Made by a program: the position numbers and the translations under genes
Shown here: positions 20,198 through 29,172 of the stretch, in pieces
Numbering within the stretch: the first letter of the stretch is position 1
Layout of the letters: each line of letters opens with the position of its first letter
Origin: Oceanispirochaeta sp.
GTDB taxonomy: Bacteria; Spirochaetota; Spirochaetia; DSM-2461
Length of the DNA stretch: 64,000 nucleotides
NCBI GenBank assembly: GCA_963663385.2
Contig: CAXXXD010000002.1
Coordinates: 832,001-896,000 of the forward strand
Reading direction: 5' to 3'
Notes under the pieces: model-generated
Seen by the model: the letters and a program-made list of their open reading frames with translations, nothing else
Told to the model about the DNA's origin: nothing
Databases searched by the model: none

Positions 20198-21157
20198 ATG
20201 GAAGAAAAAAAGAATAAAAAAGTTAAACCTACAGGAATCATTCTGATTATCCTTATTGTCCTTGTCGGAGCTCTTATCGCCTTTGCGGCTTTGAATAAAA
20301 ATGCTCCTATCAGTTCCGGTCCCGGAGGACGGCCCGGCAGACCGGGAGGGATGCAGGAGCCGGGTGAGATGGTCTATACCGTTCTGACCAGGAAAATCGT
20401 GCCTGTTGATCTGGCAAACTATCTGAAATTCAACGGAGATGTGATTACGGAAACAAGTGTCAGTATCTATCCCGATACATCCGGCGAAGTGACGGATCTT
20501 TATGTTTCTCTGGGAAGCTATGTTCAAAAAGGGCAGGTTATTGCAAAAATTGATCCTTCCCTTCCCGGGCAGGTTTTCGTGGCCAGCCCTGTAAAATCCA
20601 CCATTACCGGTACGGTTACGGCTCTTCCCTACGATGTGGGAGATACGGTTTCTTCCGCCCAGGTCCCTATCGCAACGGTGGGAGATCTGTCTGATTTGCA
20701 GATTGTCAGCTATATCTCCGAGAAGAATATGGCCGATATCGCCCCGGGACAGAAAGCTTCCATTACTTTCGAACCTTTTGACGGGGTAACATTTTCCGGA
20801 ACCGTTTCCGAGATCAGCCCTGTCCTGGACAGCAGTTCCCGGACCCTTGAGATTAAAATTTCCCTTGATAAAAGGGATTCCCGGATCAAATCGGGGATGT
20901 TCGGGTCGGTGAAACTTATTATTCAGGAAATCAGGGGCACTCTCGCTGTTCCCAATGAAGGCATTATTTCCTCTGCAGAGGGGGATTATGTCTTTCTGGC
21001 AGGCAGCAGCGGTCAAGCGGAAAAGGTTTTTGTAGAAACCGGTTTATCCATTGACGGCACTACGGAAATCACAAGCGGCCTTTCCGTGGGTGATCAGGTA
21101 ATCGTCAGAGGGCAGACCATGCTGAAAGACGGTTCATCCGTCAAAATCGCCGATTAG
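20198..21157 (+). CDS. RND periplasmic adaptor (membrane fusion protein)
   Basis: N-terminal TM helix, lipoyl-like half motifs, GMFG, GLSVGDQVIVRG. Confidence 0.88.
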   Translation: MEEKKNKKVKPTGIILIILIVLVGALIAFAALNKNAPISSGPGGRPGRPGGMQEPGEMVYTVLTRKIVPVDLANYLKFNGDVITETSVSIYPDTSGEVTDLYVSLGSYVQKGQVIAKIDPSLPGQVFVASPVKSTITGTVTALPYDVGDTVSSAQVPIATVGDLSDLQIVSYISEKNMADIAPGQKASITFEPFDGVTFSGTVSEISPVLDSSSRTLEIKISLDKRDSRIKSGMFGSVKLIIQEIRGTLAVPNEGIISSAEGDYVFLAGSSGQAEKVFVETGLSIDGTTEITSGLSVGDQVIVRGQTMLKDGSSVKIAD

Positions 21158-21169
21158 GGAGCCCGCAAT

Positions 21170-24100
21170 ATGAATATTACTGAAACGGTAGTACACCGTC
21201 CTGTAACGGTTGTCATACTATTTGCCCTTTTTATCGGTCTGGCCGCCTTTCTGGTTCCCTCCATTCCGGTCGAACTCTTTCCGGATATGGAGATGCCCGT
21301 TGTAATGGTCATGACCACATACAGCGGCGCCGGTCCGGAAGATGTGGAGCAGAATGTTACGAAAGTCCTGGAGCAGCAGCTTTCCAATGTGAGTGACCTG
21401 GAGACCATCACCTCCACCTCTTCGGAGGGATACAGCTCGATCCGTCTGAAATTTGATTATTCCAAAGACCTGGATGATGCCACCAATGATATCCGGGATA
21501 AACTGGAGCTGGCGGAAGCCATGCTGCCCGATGATGCGGGAACCCCCGTTATATTCAAGATGAACAGCGATGATATGCCCATTATGAACCTGGCCGTTAT
21601 GGGCGATCTGCCTCAGAACCAGCTGCGGTCCATCGCAGAGGATACGGTGGAGCCTCTTCTGGAGCGGATCAATGGTGTGGCTTCCACTACGGTTCAGGGA
21701 GGTCAGGAGGAGATTATCCGGGTGGATGTCTCCCAGAACAGGCTGGAAGCCTACAATCTTACCCTGACCCGGATAGCATCCTCTCTCAGTACCCAGAACT
21801 ACCAGGTGGGATCGGGCGATCTGCAGGAAGGCGTGACAGAGTACCTGATCCGGACCGATGCGGAATTCTCCTCTCTGGATGAAATAGCCAATGTCGTTAT
21901 TTCCTATGCCGGAGGCGGGGCGGATTCCGTTTCAAAAGCAGTCTATCTCAAGGATGTGGCCGATGTCAGCCGTACCAACGAGGAGGAAGAGGACCGGGTG
22001 TATATAAACAGCAAATACGGTGTCACCATCTCCATTCAGAAAGAATCGGATGCCAACAGTATTGCCGTTTCAGACGGTGTTAACCGGGAGCTGCTGGAAA
22101 TAAACCGGGAACTGCCCGACGGAGTGGAAGTAGCCATTCTGTCCGACGATTCCACGGAAGTGGAATCCATTATGGGGCAGACCTACAAATCCCTCTTTCA
22201 GGGAATCTTTCTGGCCATGTTTGTGCTCTTCTTCTTTCTGCGGACCTGGGCCAGCACCATTATTATCGCCCTCTCCATTCCTCTTTCCATCCTGATTACG
22301 GTTCTGTTTATGTACTTTATGGGGCTGTCCATCAATCTGATGACCCTGACGGGACTGATACTCGGACTGGGGATGGTTGTGGACTGTTCCATTGTTATTC
22401 AGGAAAATATCTTCAAGTTCCGCTCCCGGGGCACAAAGCTGCACGCCTCGGCAATTCTGGGGAGTCGTGAGATGATTATGTCCATCACGGCATCAACCCT
22501 GACAACGATCTGTGTATTCATTCCCATTATCCTGTTTGCAGATAACCTTGAGATGATTGGGCAGATTTTCAGGTCCCTCTCCTGGACTATCATTATTGCC
22601 CTGAGCGTATCCCTTCTGGTGGCCGTTACCTTTGTCCCCACCATGTCGGCCAACTACCTCAAGGTATATACCAGAACACAGAAACCCATCCGGAACAGGG
22701 GACTGAGAAAAATTGATCAGTTTTTTGAGAACGGTTTTATCAGACTGGATCAGGGGTATAAAAGCCTTCTGTCCAGACTGCTGGAACATAAGGGAAAGGT
22801 TCTTCTGCTGGTATTCCTGATTTTTGTATTCTCCATGATGCAGTTTACCAGAATGGGGATTATCCTGGCCCCCGGAATGAGCGAAGATTCTCTGTCTGTC
22901 TCCCTGGAACTCCCGCAGGGCACCCCTCTGGATGAGACGGAACAGACTGCCATGCAGCTGGTTGAGGTTTTTGAAGAGATAGGCGGGTATGACAATATGA
23001 TTGTTACAATCGGGGAGTCGGGGATGTTCGGCGGTACGGTCAATTCCAACGAAGCCTCTGTGCAGATAACCCTGCCGGATTACCAGAATCAGATAATCAG
23101 CTCTGCCGAGATAAAAACCCGCCTCCGGGAACATTTTAATGACTTTCCGGCGGCGACTCTGGAGTTTTCATCCAGAGGACCGGGGATGGGGAACGATAAT
23201 CCCGTGGATATCCTGATCAAGTCGGATGACCTGGATGCGGCCATCGCTTTTGCGGAGGAACTGAAGCAGAAAATCCGGGAAACCCTTCCCGGTGTAACAG
23301 AACCTTCCACGGATATGGATGAGGGGCTTCCCCAGATTGAGGTCGTGATAGACCGGGACCGGGCCTATGACATGGGGCTGAGCATGTACACCGTAGCCAG
23401 TGAAGTGAGCGCTGCCATGAATGGTAAGACAGCTACAACCTTCCGCGTGGGAGGCGACGAACTGGATGTGAATGTTATCCTCAGGGAAGAGGATAAAAGC
23501 AGTGTCCCCGATTTGAGCAAAATCTTTGTAGTTAACAGCAGTGGTATAAGGGTGGCCGTTTCCAATGTGGCATCCATTGAAAAGTCCTCCAGCCCTGTTG
23601 CTATTAACCGGGAGGACGAGTCCCGGACCGTCCATGTGCTGGGAGGGCTGACAGACGGTTATGCTTCCACCGAGGCCCAGGCGGATATTCAGGAGATGAT
23701 CAGCAGCGGGATGGTTGTTCCCGACGGGGTCAGCTACAGTATGGGCGGGGACTTTGAGGATATCGCCAAACTGGGCGGTCAGCTGATCATCATTGCCATT
23801 ATCGCCATCCTGCTGGTATTCGGTATTATGGCGGCCCAGTTCGAATCGCTGAAAGATCCTTTTATCATCTTTTTTACCATTCCCCTGATGATGATCGGTG
23901 TGGTCTGGTTTTATATCCTTTCCGGTCAGACCTTCAGCATTATGTCCGCTGTGGGACTGGTCGTACTGGTGGGGCTGGTTGTAAACAGCGGGATTGTTCT
24001 GGTGGATTACACCAACCTGCTCCTCAAGAGGGGGTATAAACTGAAGGACGCCTGTGTGGAGGCGGCGGGGAACCGTCTGCAGCCTATTCTGATGACGACA

Positions 24101-24271
24101 GCCACAACCATTCTGGGGATGTTCCCCCTGGCTTTCTTCGGCGGGGCCGGTACGGAACAGGTTCAGCCTATTGCCCAGACTATTATCGGCGGGCTGCTGG
24201 TGAGTTCCCTGATGACCCTTTTTGTCACTCCCACACTGTTTGCTGTAATGAACCGGAGGAAATACGCATGA
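21170..24271 (+). CDS. RND efflux permease (AcrB/HAE family)
   Basis: 1033 aa; RPV, GMVVD, FESLKDP, RLQPILMT motifs. Confidence 0.93.
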   Translation: MNITETVVHRPVTVVILFALFIGLAAFLVPSIPVELFPDMEMPVVMVMTTYSGAGPEDVEQNVTKVLEQQLSNVSDLETITSTSSEGYSSIRLKFDYSKDLDDATNDIRDKLELAEAMLPDDAGTPVIFKMNSDDMPIMNLAVMGDLPQNQLRSIAEDTVEPLLERINGVASTTVQGGQEEIIRVDVSQNRLEAYNLTLTRIASSLSTQNYQVGSGDLQEGVTEYLIRTDAEFSSLDEIANVVISYAGGGADSVSKAVYLKDVADVSRTNEEEEDRVYINSKYGVTISIQKESDANSIAVSDGVNRELLEINRELPDGVEVAILSDDSTEVESIMGQTYKSLFQGIFLAMFVLFFFLRTWASTIIIALSIPLSILITVLFMYFMGLSINLMTLTGLILGLGMVVDCSIVIQENIFKFRSRGTKLHASAILGSREMIMSITASTLTTICVFIPIILFADNLEMIGQIFRSLSWTIIIALSVSLLVAVTFVPTMSANYLKVYTRTQKPIRNRGLRKIDQFFENGFIRLDQGYKSLLSRLLEHKGKVLLLVFLIFVFSMMQFTRMGIILAPGMSEDSLSVSLELPQGTPLDETEQTAMQLVEVFEEIGGYDNMIVTIGESGMFGGTVNSNEASVQITLPDYQNQIISSAEIKTRLREHFNDFPAATLEFSSRGPGMGNDNPVDILIKSDDLDAAIAFAEELKQKIRETLPGVTEPSTDMDEGLPQIEVVIDRDRAYDMGLSMYTVASEVSAAMNGKTATTFRVGGDELDVNVILREEDKSSVPDLSKIFVVNSSGIRVAVSNVASIEKSSSPVAINREDESRTVHVLGGLTDGYASTEAQADIQEMISSGMVVPDGVSYSMGGDFEDIAKLGGQLIIIAIIAILLVFGIMAAQFESLKDPFIIFFTIPLMMIGVVWFYILSGQTFSIMSAVGLVVLVGLVVNSGIVLVDYTNLLLKRGYKLKDACVEAAGNRLQPILMTTATTILGMFPLAFFGGAGTEQVQPIAQTIIGGLLVSSLMTLFVTPTLFAVMNRRKYA

Positions 24272-24564
24272 TACGACTGGAAATAATAGCCAATAAAACG
24301 GTTGAGTCCGATATATACGAAGCTCTGCTTCAGGTCGGAAAGGACGTTCACTACTCCCGGCTGGACGGTGTTCACGGACGCGGTCATTCGGACCCCAAAA
24401 AAGGGGATGCCGTGTGGCCGGAGGAAAACTTTATCTACATTATCTATACTGATGATGATACGGCCCGGAAGCTGATCGGATTTGTATCAGAGCTGAAAGA
24501 GAGGTTTACCAGGGAAGGGATCAGGGTGTTTGCCATTCCCTTCGAGGATCCTGTGGATATCTGA
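24268..24564 (+). CDS. PII-like transporter-associated small protein (PG0541-like)
   Basis: V.GRG...P..G..VWPEEN motif; ATGA overlap with the RND stop. Confidence 0.75.
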   Translation: MIRLEIIANKTVESDIYEALLQVGKDVHYSRLDGVHGRGHSDPKKGDAVWPEENFIYIIYTDDDTARKLIGFVSELKERFTREGIRVFAIPFEDPVDI

Positions 24565-24578
24565 TTTATACATTATTC

Positions 24579-24615
24579 GGGCGGTCTCCTGTGTTACCGG
24601 GGCTGCCCTTTTTTT
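24579..24615 (+). terminator. Intrinsic terminator of the RND operon
   Basis: GGGCGGTCTC...GGGGCTGCCC followed by T7. Confidence 0.7.
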
Positions 24616-24637
24616 ATTTGTTCGATTTCCCGATGAG

Positions 24638-24811
24638 GTGCTATCATACTTATTAGTACGGAGGGCTGCCGGGTATGGCTGTTACCGCTTAGACTGCTCT
24701 GTGTGTCATCAGAACGGGGAGTGCGGCCTTCAGGATCTGACCTGCCGCTATCAGATAGGGGTCAAACTGAATCCCCATCTGTATCTCCGGCAGATCTGGA
24801 TGATCTGGTGA
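24638..24811 (+). pseudogene. Fragment resembling the NuoG/[FeFe]-hydrogenase His(Cys)3 4Fe-4S segment
   Basis: LDCSVCHQNGECGLQDLTCRY matches DCxxCxxxGxCxLQxL; His ligand absent; the rest of the protein is absent. Confidence 0.45.
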
Positions 24812-24886
24812 GGGGGATCCTCCTTACAGAAGGGTATATGGTCCGGGCAGAAAAGGGAATGTATAATATCAGGAAGCAGGGCAAAT

Positions 24887-25636
24887 ATGGAAAACTCCCG
24901 TCAGAAAGCGATCGAAATGATCCGTTCATCCAATAAGATGGTTATCTTTACCGGCGCCGGAGTGAGCACCCATTGCGGCATTCCCGATTTCCGCGGTCCC
25001 GGCGGCCTCTACGAAACGGCTGTTGAGAAGTACGGGGTTCCCTATGCGGAAGCCGTTTTTGACCTTGCCTACTTCCGGAAAGATCCCCGTCCCTTTTTTG
25101 TCTTAAGCCGGGAACTGTTCCTGACCGAAGCAGAGCCGGGGCTCAGTCATAAACTGACGGCTGCTCTGGAGGAGCAGGGGAAGGTCTCTCTTGTGATGAC
25201 CCAGAATATCGATATTCTCCATCAGAAGGCGGGAACAAAAAAGATCCTGCCCTGTCATGGTTCCTATGAAACCGCCAGCTGCCAGGGATGCGGCAAAAAA
25301 TACAGTCTGGCGGATATTGAAGCCGATATTCTGGCCGACCGGATTCCTCTCTGTCACTGCAGCGCTGTGATCAAACCGGATGTGGTTTTTTTCGGTGAAA
25401 ACCTTCCGGATGAGTTTTACTCTCTTATGGAGAATCCCCCCCCGGCGGATCTTATCCTGATTCTGGGAACCTCCCTGACGGTTCAGCCGGCTTCCCTGTT
25501 TGCCTTGAATCTGGTCTCCCGGGTTCCCTCCATCCTGGTAAACCTGGAGCAGACCGATTACGATGATGAAATGACCGTGGCCCTGCGGGAGGATGTGGAG
25601 CATTTCGCCGAAGCTGTGGCGGCAGCTATTTTATAG
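24887..25636 (+). CDS. cobB: Sir2-family NAD-dependent deacylase
   Basis: TGAGVS, GIPDFRG, TQNID, HGS, Zn ribbon, KPDVVFFGE, GTSL. Confidence 0.9.
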   Translation: MENSRQKAIEMIRSSNKMVIFTGAGVSTHCGIPDFRGPGGLYETAVEKYGVPYAEAVFDLAYFRKDPRPFFVLSRELFLTEAEPGLSHKLTAALEEQGKVSLVMTQNIDILHQKAGTKKILPCHGSYETASCQGCGKKYSLADIEADILADRIPLCHCSAVIKPDVVFFGENLPDEFYSLMENPPPADLILILGTSLTVQPASLFALNLVSRVPSILVNLEQTDYDDEMTVALREDVEHFAEAVAAAIL

Positions 25637-26150
25637 AAGGTTTATTCAGGATCCGACTGATCAGCTTCTCCCGCTCCCCCCTGCCGGGGCGGCGGATATG
25701 TATAACCTCCGCTTCCGCCCATCTGTTCAGGGCTGTATCGAGCAGTTCCGGACGGACTACCACAACAGAAACCCTGTCCCTCCGGTCATCCAGCCTCTTC
25801 ATCCCTTCTGTCCAGCCTCCGTCTCTCTCAAACTCAAGAATTCCCGCTTCGTCCAGGATAAAAAGATCCGAGGGCGGGGGAGAACAGATCCTCCGGTTGC
25901 CCCATTCCACGGCTTCGGCGTGAAATGACCAGAGTCCCGTGTGAAGATCTCCCTGATTTCCCCGGTTTACTTCCGCCAGAAGGCAGGTTTCGTTTGTAGA
26001 GAGATCCAGAGCGGTCAGTCTATCCTGCCTGACGGTCAGGGTTATAAGGCCGGAAATCCGCCGGCCTCTGTTCATCGCCCCCTTAAGGAGAGCCTGACAG
26101 AAGGTTGACTTCCCCGCCTCCCTTTCTCCTGTGATAAGATAAAAGCTCAT
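25626..26150 (-). CDS. P-loop NTPase (THEP1/DUF2478-like)
   Basis: ITGEREAGKST Walker A; LFILDEAG Walker B. Confidence 0.75.
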   Translation of the reverse strand: MSFYLITGEREAGKSTFCQALLKGAMNRGRRISGLITLTVRQDRLTALDLSTNETCLLAEVNRGNQGDLHTGLWSFHAEAVEWGNRRICSPPPSDLFILDEAGILEFERDGGWTEGMKRLDDRRDRVSVVVVRPELLDTALNRWAEAEVIHIRRPGRGEREKLISRILNKPSIK

Positions 26151-26941
26151 TCCTCTTCTCCGGTAGAGTCTCCCCAGACTAGCACCCTCTGACCCTCCAC
26201 TTCGGCGATTCGGACCGGGATATTGTAAAGGTCTGTCAGATTTTCGGCGCTTAGTACCCTATCGGATGAGCCGTGATGGATAACCGATCCGTTTTTCAGG
26301 AGGATGGCATGGTCTGCCAGCCGGATAACCAGCTCCGGATCGTGGGATGTAAAAAAGATACTGATTCCCTTTTTTTTCAGTTTATTCAGTATGTTCAGGA
26401 TTTTTTCCCTGTTATGGAGATCCAGGTGAGACGCCGGTTCATCCAGCAGGAGAAGCTTCGGCTGTTGCGTCAGGGCCCGGGCCAGCAGAACCAGCTGCCT
26501 TTCGCCTCCGCTTAAACGGGTGACCTTCCGTTTTACAAGGTGATAGATTCCCGCTTCCTTAAGGGCTTCCAGGGCAATTGTTTCATCCTCGGGGCCCGGG
26601 CTTTTCAAAGGGGGCAGGTAGGGGGCCCGGCCCAGCAGAATATACTCCAGCACGGAATAGTCGAATTGAACTGCCTCATCCTGAGGGACCAGAGCCATAA
26701 ACTGTCCCCTTTTTCTGGGGTTCCATCGACCAATGGAACTGCCCTCCAGAAGAATCTCGCCGCTTTTAAATGTCCTCCAGCCCAAAGCCAGGTCCATTAT
26801 GGTTGTTTTTCCCGCCCCGTTAGGTCCCAGAAGAGCTGTTGCGGTTCCTTCCGGAACCTGCATGTCGAGAGAGGGAAAAAGAGGCGGGTTCTTTGGATGC
26901 CAATGGAACTGGACACGACGGAATTCCAGTATGGGTTTCAT
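26147..26941 (-). CDS. Fe-chelate/cobalamin ABC transporter ATPase
   Basis: GPNGAGKTT, LSGGERQ, LLDEPASHLD. Confidence 0.88.
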   Translation of the reverse strand: MKPILEFRRVQFHWHPKNPPLFPSLDMQVPEGTATALLGPNGAGKTTIMDLALGWRTFKSGEILLEGSSIGRWNPRKRGQFMALVPQDEAVQFDYSVLEYILLGRAPYLPPLKSPGPEDETIALEALKEAGIYHLVKRKVTRLSGGERQLVLLARALTQQPKLLLLDEPASHLDLHNREKILNILNKLKKKGISIFFTSHDPELVIRLADHAILLKNGSVIHHGSSDRVLSAENLTDLYNIPVRIAEVEGQRVLVWGDSTGEEE

Positions 26942-26951
26942 GATAACAACC

Positions 26952-27950
26952 TCATATATGCCTTCTAAGGGGAGAGAATATCATCAGCAGGCTGAATATC
27001 AGAGCTCCAGCGAGGGAAGTCAGTATCCCCAGGGGAATCTCTCCCGTACTGATGGTCCGGGCGATATCGTCACAGAGGAGAGCAAAGATTCCCCCTGTTA
27101 AAAGAGATGCCGGAACGGATTTCGCCGTATCGCTTCCGCTCATGCGCCGGGCGATGTGGGGTATGATCAAACCGACCCACCCGATAATCCCGCAATAGGC
27201 AACCACTGCGGCCGTTGCAAGGACCGCTATAAGGAGAAAAAAATTCTTCTCCAGAACGGGAGAAATCCCCAGGGTATGGGCCGTTCTGTCCCCCATGGAG
27301 AGCAGATTCAGCCTCCATCTTAATATGGCAATCAGAAAGAGGACGGGAATGGTCAGAGGGATAAGGTATTTAAGGTCTCCCCATCCTACGCCGGAGAGGC
27401 CGCCCATCATCCAGAAGGTTATCTCCTGAAGCTGACTCCGCGGATCCGCCATGTATTTCAAAATCCCCAATCCCGATGAGAACAGGGCGGATATTATGAT
27501 CCCCGACAGGATCAGCCGGACTATCCATCCGCCAAAGCGTATGGCCTTTGCCAGGAACCAGGTCAGCACAAGGGCAATAAGAGAAAATACTCCTGCTGAA
27601 AAAGGGACAGCCAGGGGATTCTCTATATTGAGTACAATCACCAGTGCGGCTCCGAAGGCTGCTCCCTGGGAAACACCCAGAAACCCCGGCTCCACCAGAG
27701 GGTTCCCCAGTATGGTCTGGAAAACCAGACCTGCCAGCGCCAGGGTACTCCCCAGAATAAGAGCGGTGATGATACGGGGAAGACGCAGATTCAGGATGAT
27801 ATTCAGGGCAAAGGGATCTGTCCGGATCTCCTTCAAACTCAGAAATCCGGGCTTGGGGTAACGCCCCAGCAGCAGGGACGCTGCGATCAGAATTACCAGT
27901 AAAAGGAGTAATAGCAGAGGCCTTATCCTGACAGATCTCAACCTGGACAC
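26952..27950 (-). CDS. FecCD/BtuC-family ABC permease
   Basis: LRLPR, NPLVEPGFLGVS.GA, IGWVGLIIPH, GEIPLG. Confidence 0.9.
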   Translation of the reverse strand: MSRLRSVRIRPLLLLLLLVILIAASLLLGRYPKPGFLSLKEIRTDPFALNIILNLRLPRIITALILGSTLALAGLVFQTILGNPLVEPGFLGVSQGAAFGAALVIVLNIENPLAVPFSAGVFSLIALVLTWFLAKAIRFGGWIVRLILSGIIISALFSSGLGILKYMADPRSQLQEITFWMMGGLSGVGWGDLKYLIPLTIPVLFLIAILRWRLNLLSMGDRTAHTLGISPVLEKNFFLLIAVLATAAVVAYCGIIGWVGLIIPHIARRMSGSDTAKSVPASLLTGGIFALLCDDIARTISTGEIPLGILTSLAGALIFSLLMIFSPLRRHI

Positions 27951-27954
27951 CAGT

Positions 27955-29055
27955 TTATTCGATCCCTTCCAGGACAGGCGCGATTTTATTATTGTAATCC
28001 GCTTCTGATATGCTGTAGAAATCGGAATAGAATTTCTGTGCTTTTCTGTTCATATCCAGATCGGGGAAACAGGAGGCATGAGATTTTACCGCCATCCATT
28101 GCAGCCCCAGCAGCCAGCGGGGATCCGGCTGGTCCCAGCTGTGGAAGTCCATGGGAAAAGGATGGATCTCCTTATCTTTATATGCTCTCAGTTCCTGCCA
28201 GTAGGAATTCTCTTCCATTATTTTCAGAACATCTTTCATCGGGGTCCTGTAGGAAATAAGAAAAATCTGATCAGGGTTCCAGGCGGCAATCTGTTCGAAC
28301 CCGACTTTGGTCCACCGGGTTCCCAGGTCCGCATCTTTCCAGACGGGATCACCGCCGGCCATTTCCAGCATCCTGGTCTGGATAAACGTCAGAGGGGGAA
28401 CATTGAAAGCTCCCGCACCGTCTTTTTCGGAGTAGTAGAGGATAAGGCTTTTTTTTCTGTCCTTCTTATCCAGAGTGGAAAGCGGTTTTTCCACTTCTGA
28501 AATATAACCGGCGAAGAGATTCTGCAGTTCCGCAGCCCGCTCCGGGTTTCCGAATACCTGACCGAGGATAGCCAGATCCGACTCCCATGCTTCGGGGGAT
28601 TCCAGATCAAGGAATATTACGGGCAGACCGGTTTTTTCAAATTCCTTTCCATATTCGCTGAACTGAAAATCCTTCATAATGACAAGGTCCGGTTTGTTAG
28701 CCATTATCTCTTCCATATTAACCGTGCGGGGCAGTTTGGTTTTATTGTCATAACCCGCATCGGCAACAGGGAGAAAATACCCTCTCTTCTGGTTGCTGTC
28801 CGCCATGGCGACAATCCGTTCCTTAGCTTCGGGGAAGAGGAACAGGGCGTCGTTAACGATAAAGGCGGAAGATCCCGCCTGAACGATCCTCTTCGGAACA
28901 TCCGGAAGAACAACTGTTCTTCCCAGGGAGTCCCGGATGGTTATGGAGGTATCCTGAGTTTCCATTTCGGGAGCAGCAGGTTCCCGGGAACCTCCCGCCC
29001 ACAGAAAAGACTGTGATATAAAAAGCAGGGTTAATATAATTTTGAATGTCTTCAT
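27955..29055 (-). CDS. Fe-chelate/B12-family substrate-binding protein
   Basis: TIRDSLGRTV.LP, EEIMANKPDLV, EQIAAWNPD. Confidence 0.88.
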   Translation of the reverse strand: MKTFKIILTLLFISQSFLWAGGSREPAAPEMETQDTSITIRDSLGRTVVLPDVPKRIVQAGSSAFIVNDALFLFPEAKERIVAMADSNQKRGYFLPVADAGYDNKTKLPRTVNMEEIMANKPDLVIMKDFQFSEYGKEFEKTGLPVIFLDLESPEAWESDLAILGQVFGNPERAAELQNLFAGYISEVEKPLSTLDKKDRKKSLILYYSEKDGAGAFNVPPLTFIQTRMLEMAGGDPVWKDADLGTRWTKVGFEQIAAWNPDQIFLISYRTPMKDVLKIMEENSYWQELRAYKDKEIHPFPMDFHSWDQPDPRWLLGLQWMAVKSHASCFPDLDMNRKAQKFYSDFYSISEADYNNKIAPVLEGIE

Positions 29056-29062
29056 AAAAATC

Positions 29063-29091
29063 AGGATAGTTCAGTAATGGGAACTTGTAAA
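29063..29091 (-). promoter_or_regulatory. sigma70 promoter of the ABC operon (leaderless)
   Basis: TTTACA-17-TATCCT, 7 nt before ATG 29055. Confidence 0.55.
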
Positions 29092-29172
29092 TAGACGAAA
29101 AAAATGGACAGACAAGTGAAGAAAAACTGTGTCCATCCTCACTTGCTGTCCTATTCCGATGAGTTCAGATTT

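Noticed and set aside
29056..29172. Cobalamin riboswitch upstream of the Fe/B12 ABC operon
   Set aside because: The gap is about 115 nt, holds a promoter abutting the ATG plus a probable lpd terminator, and has no B12-box
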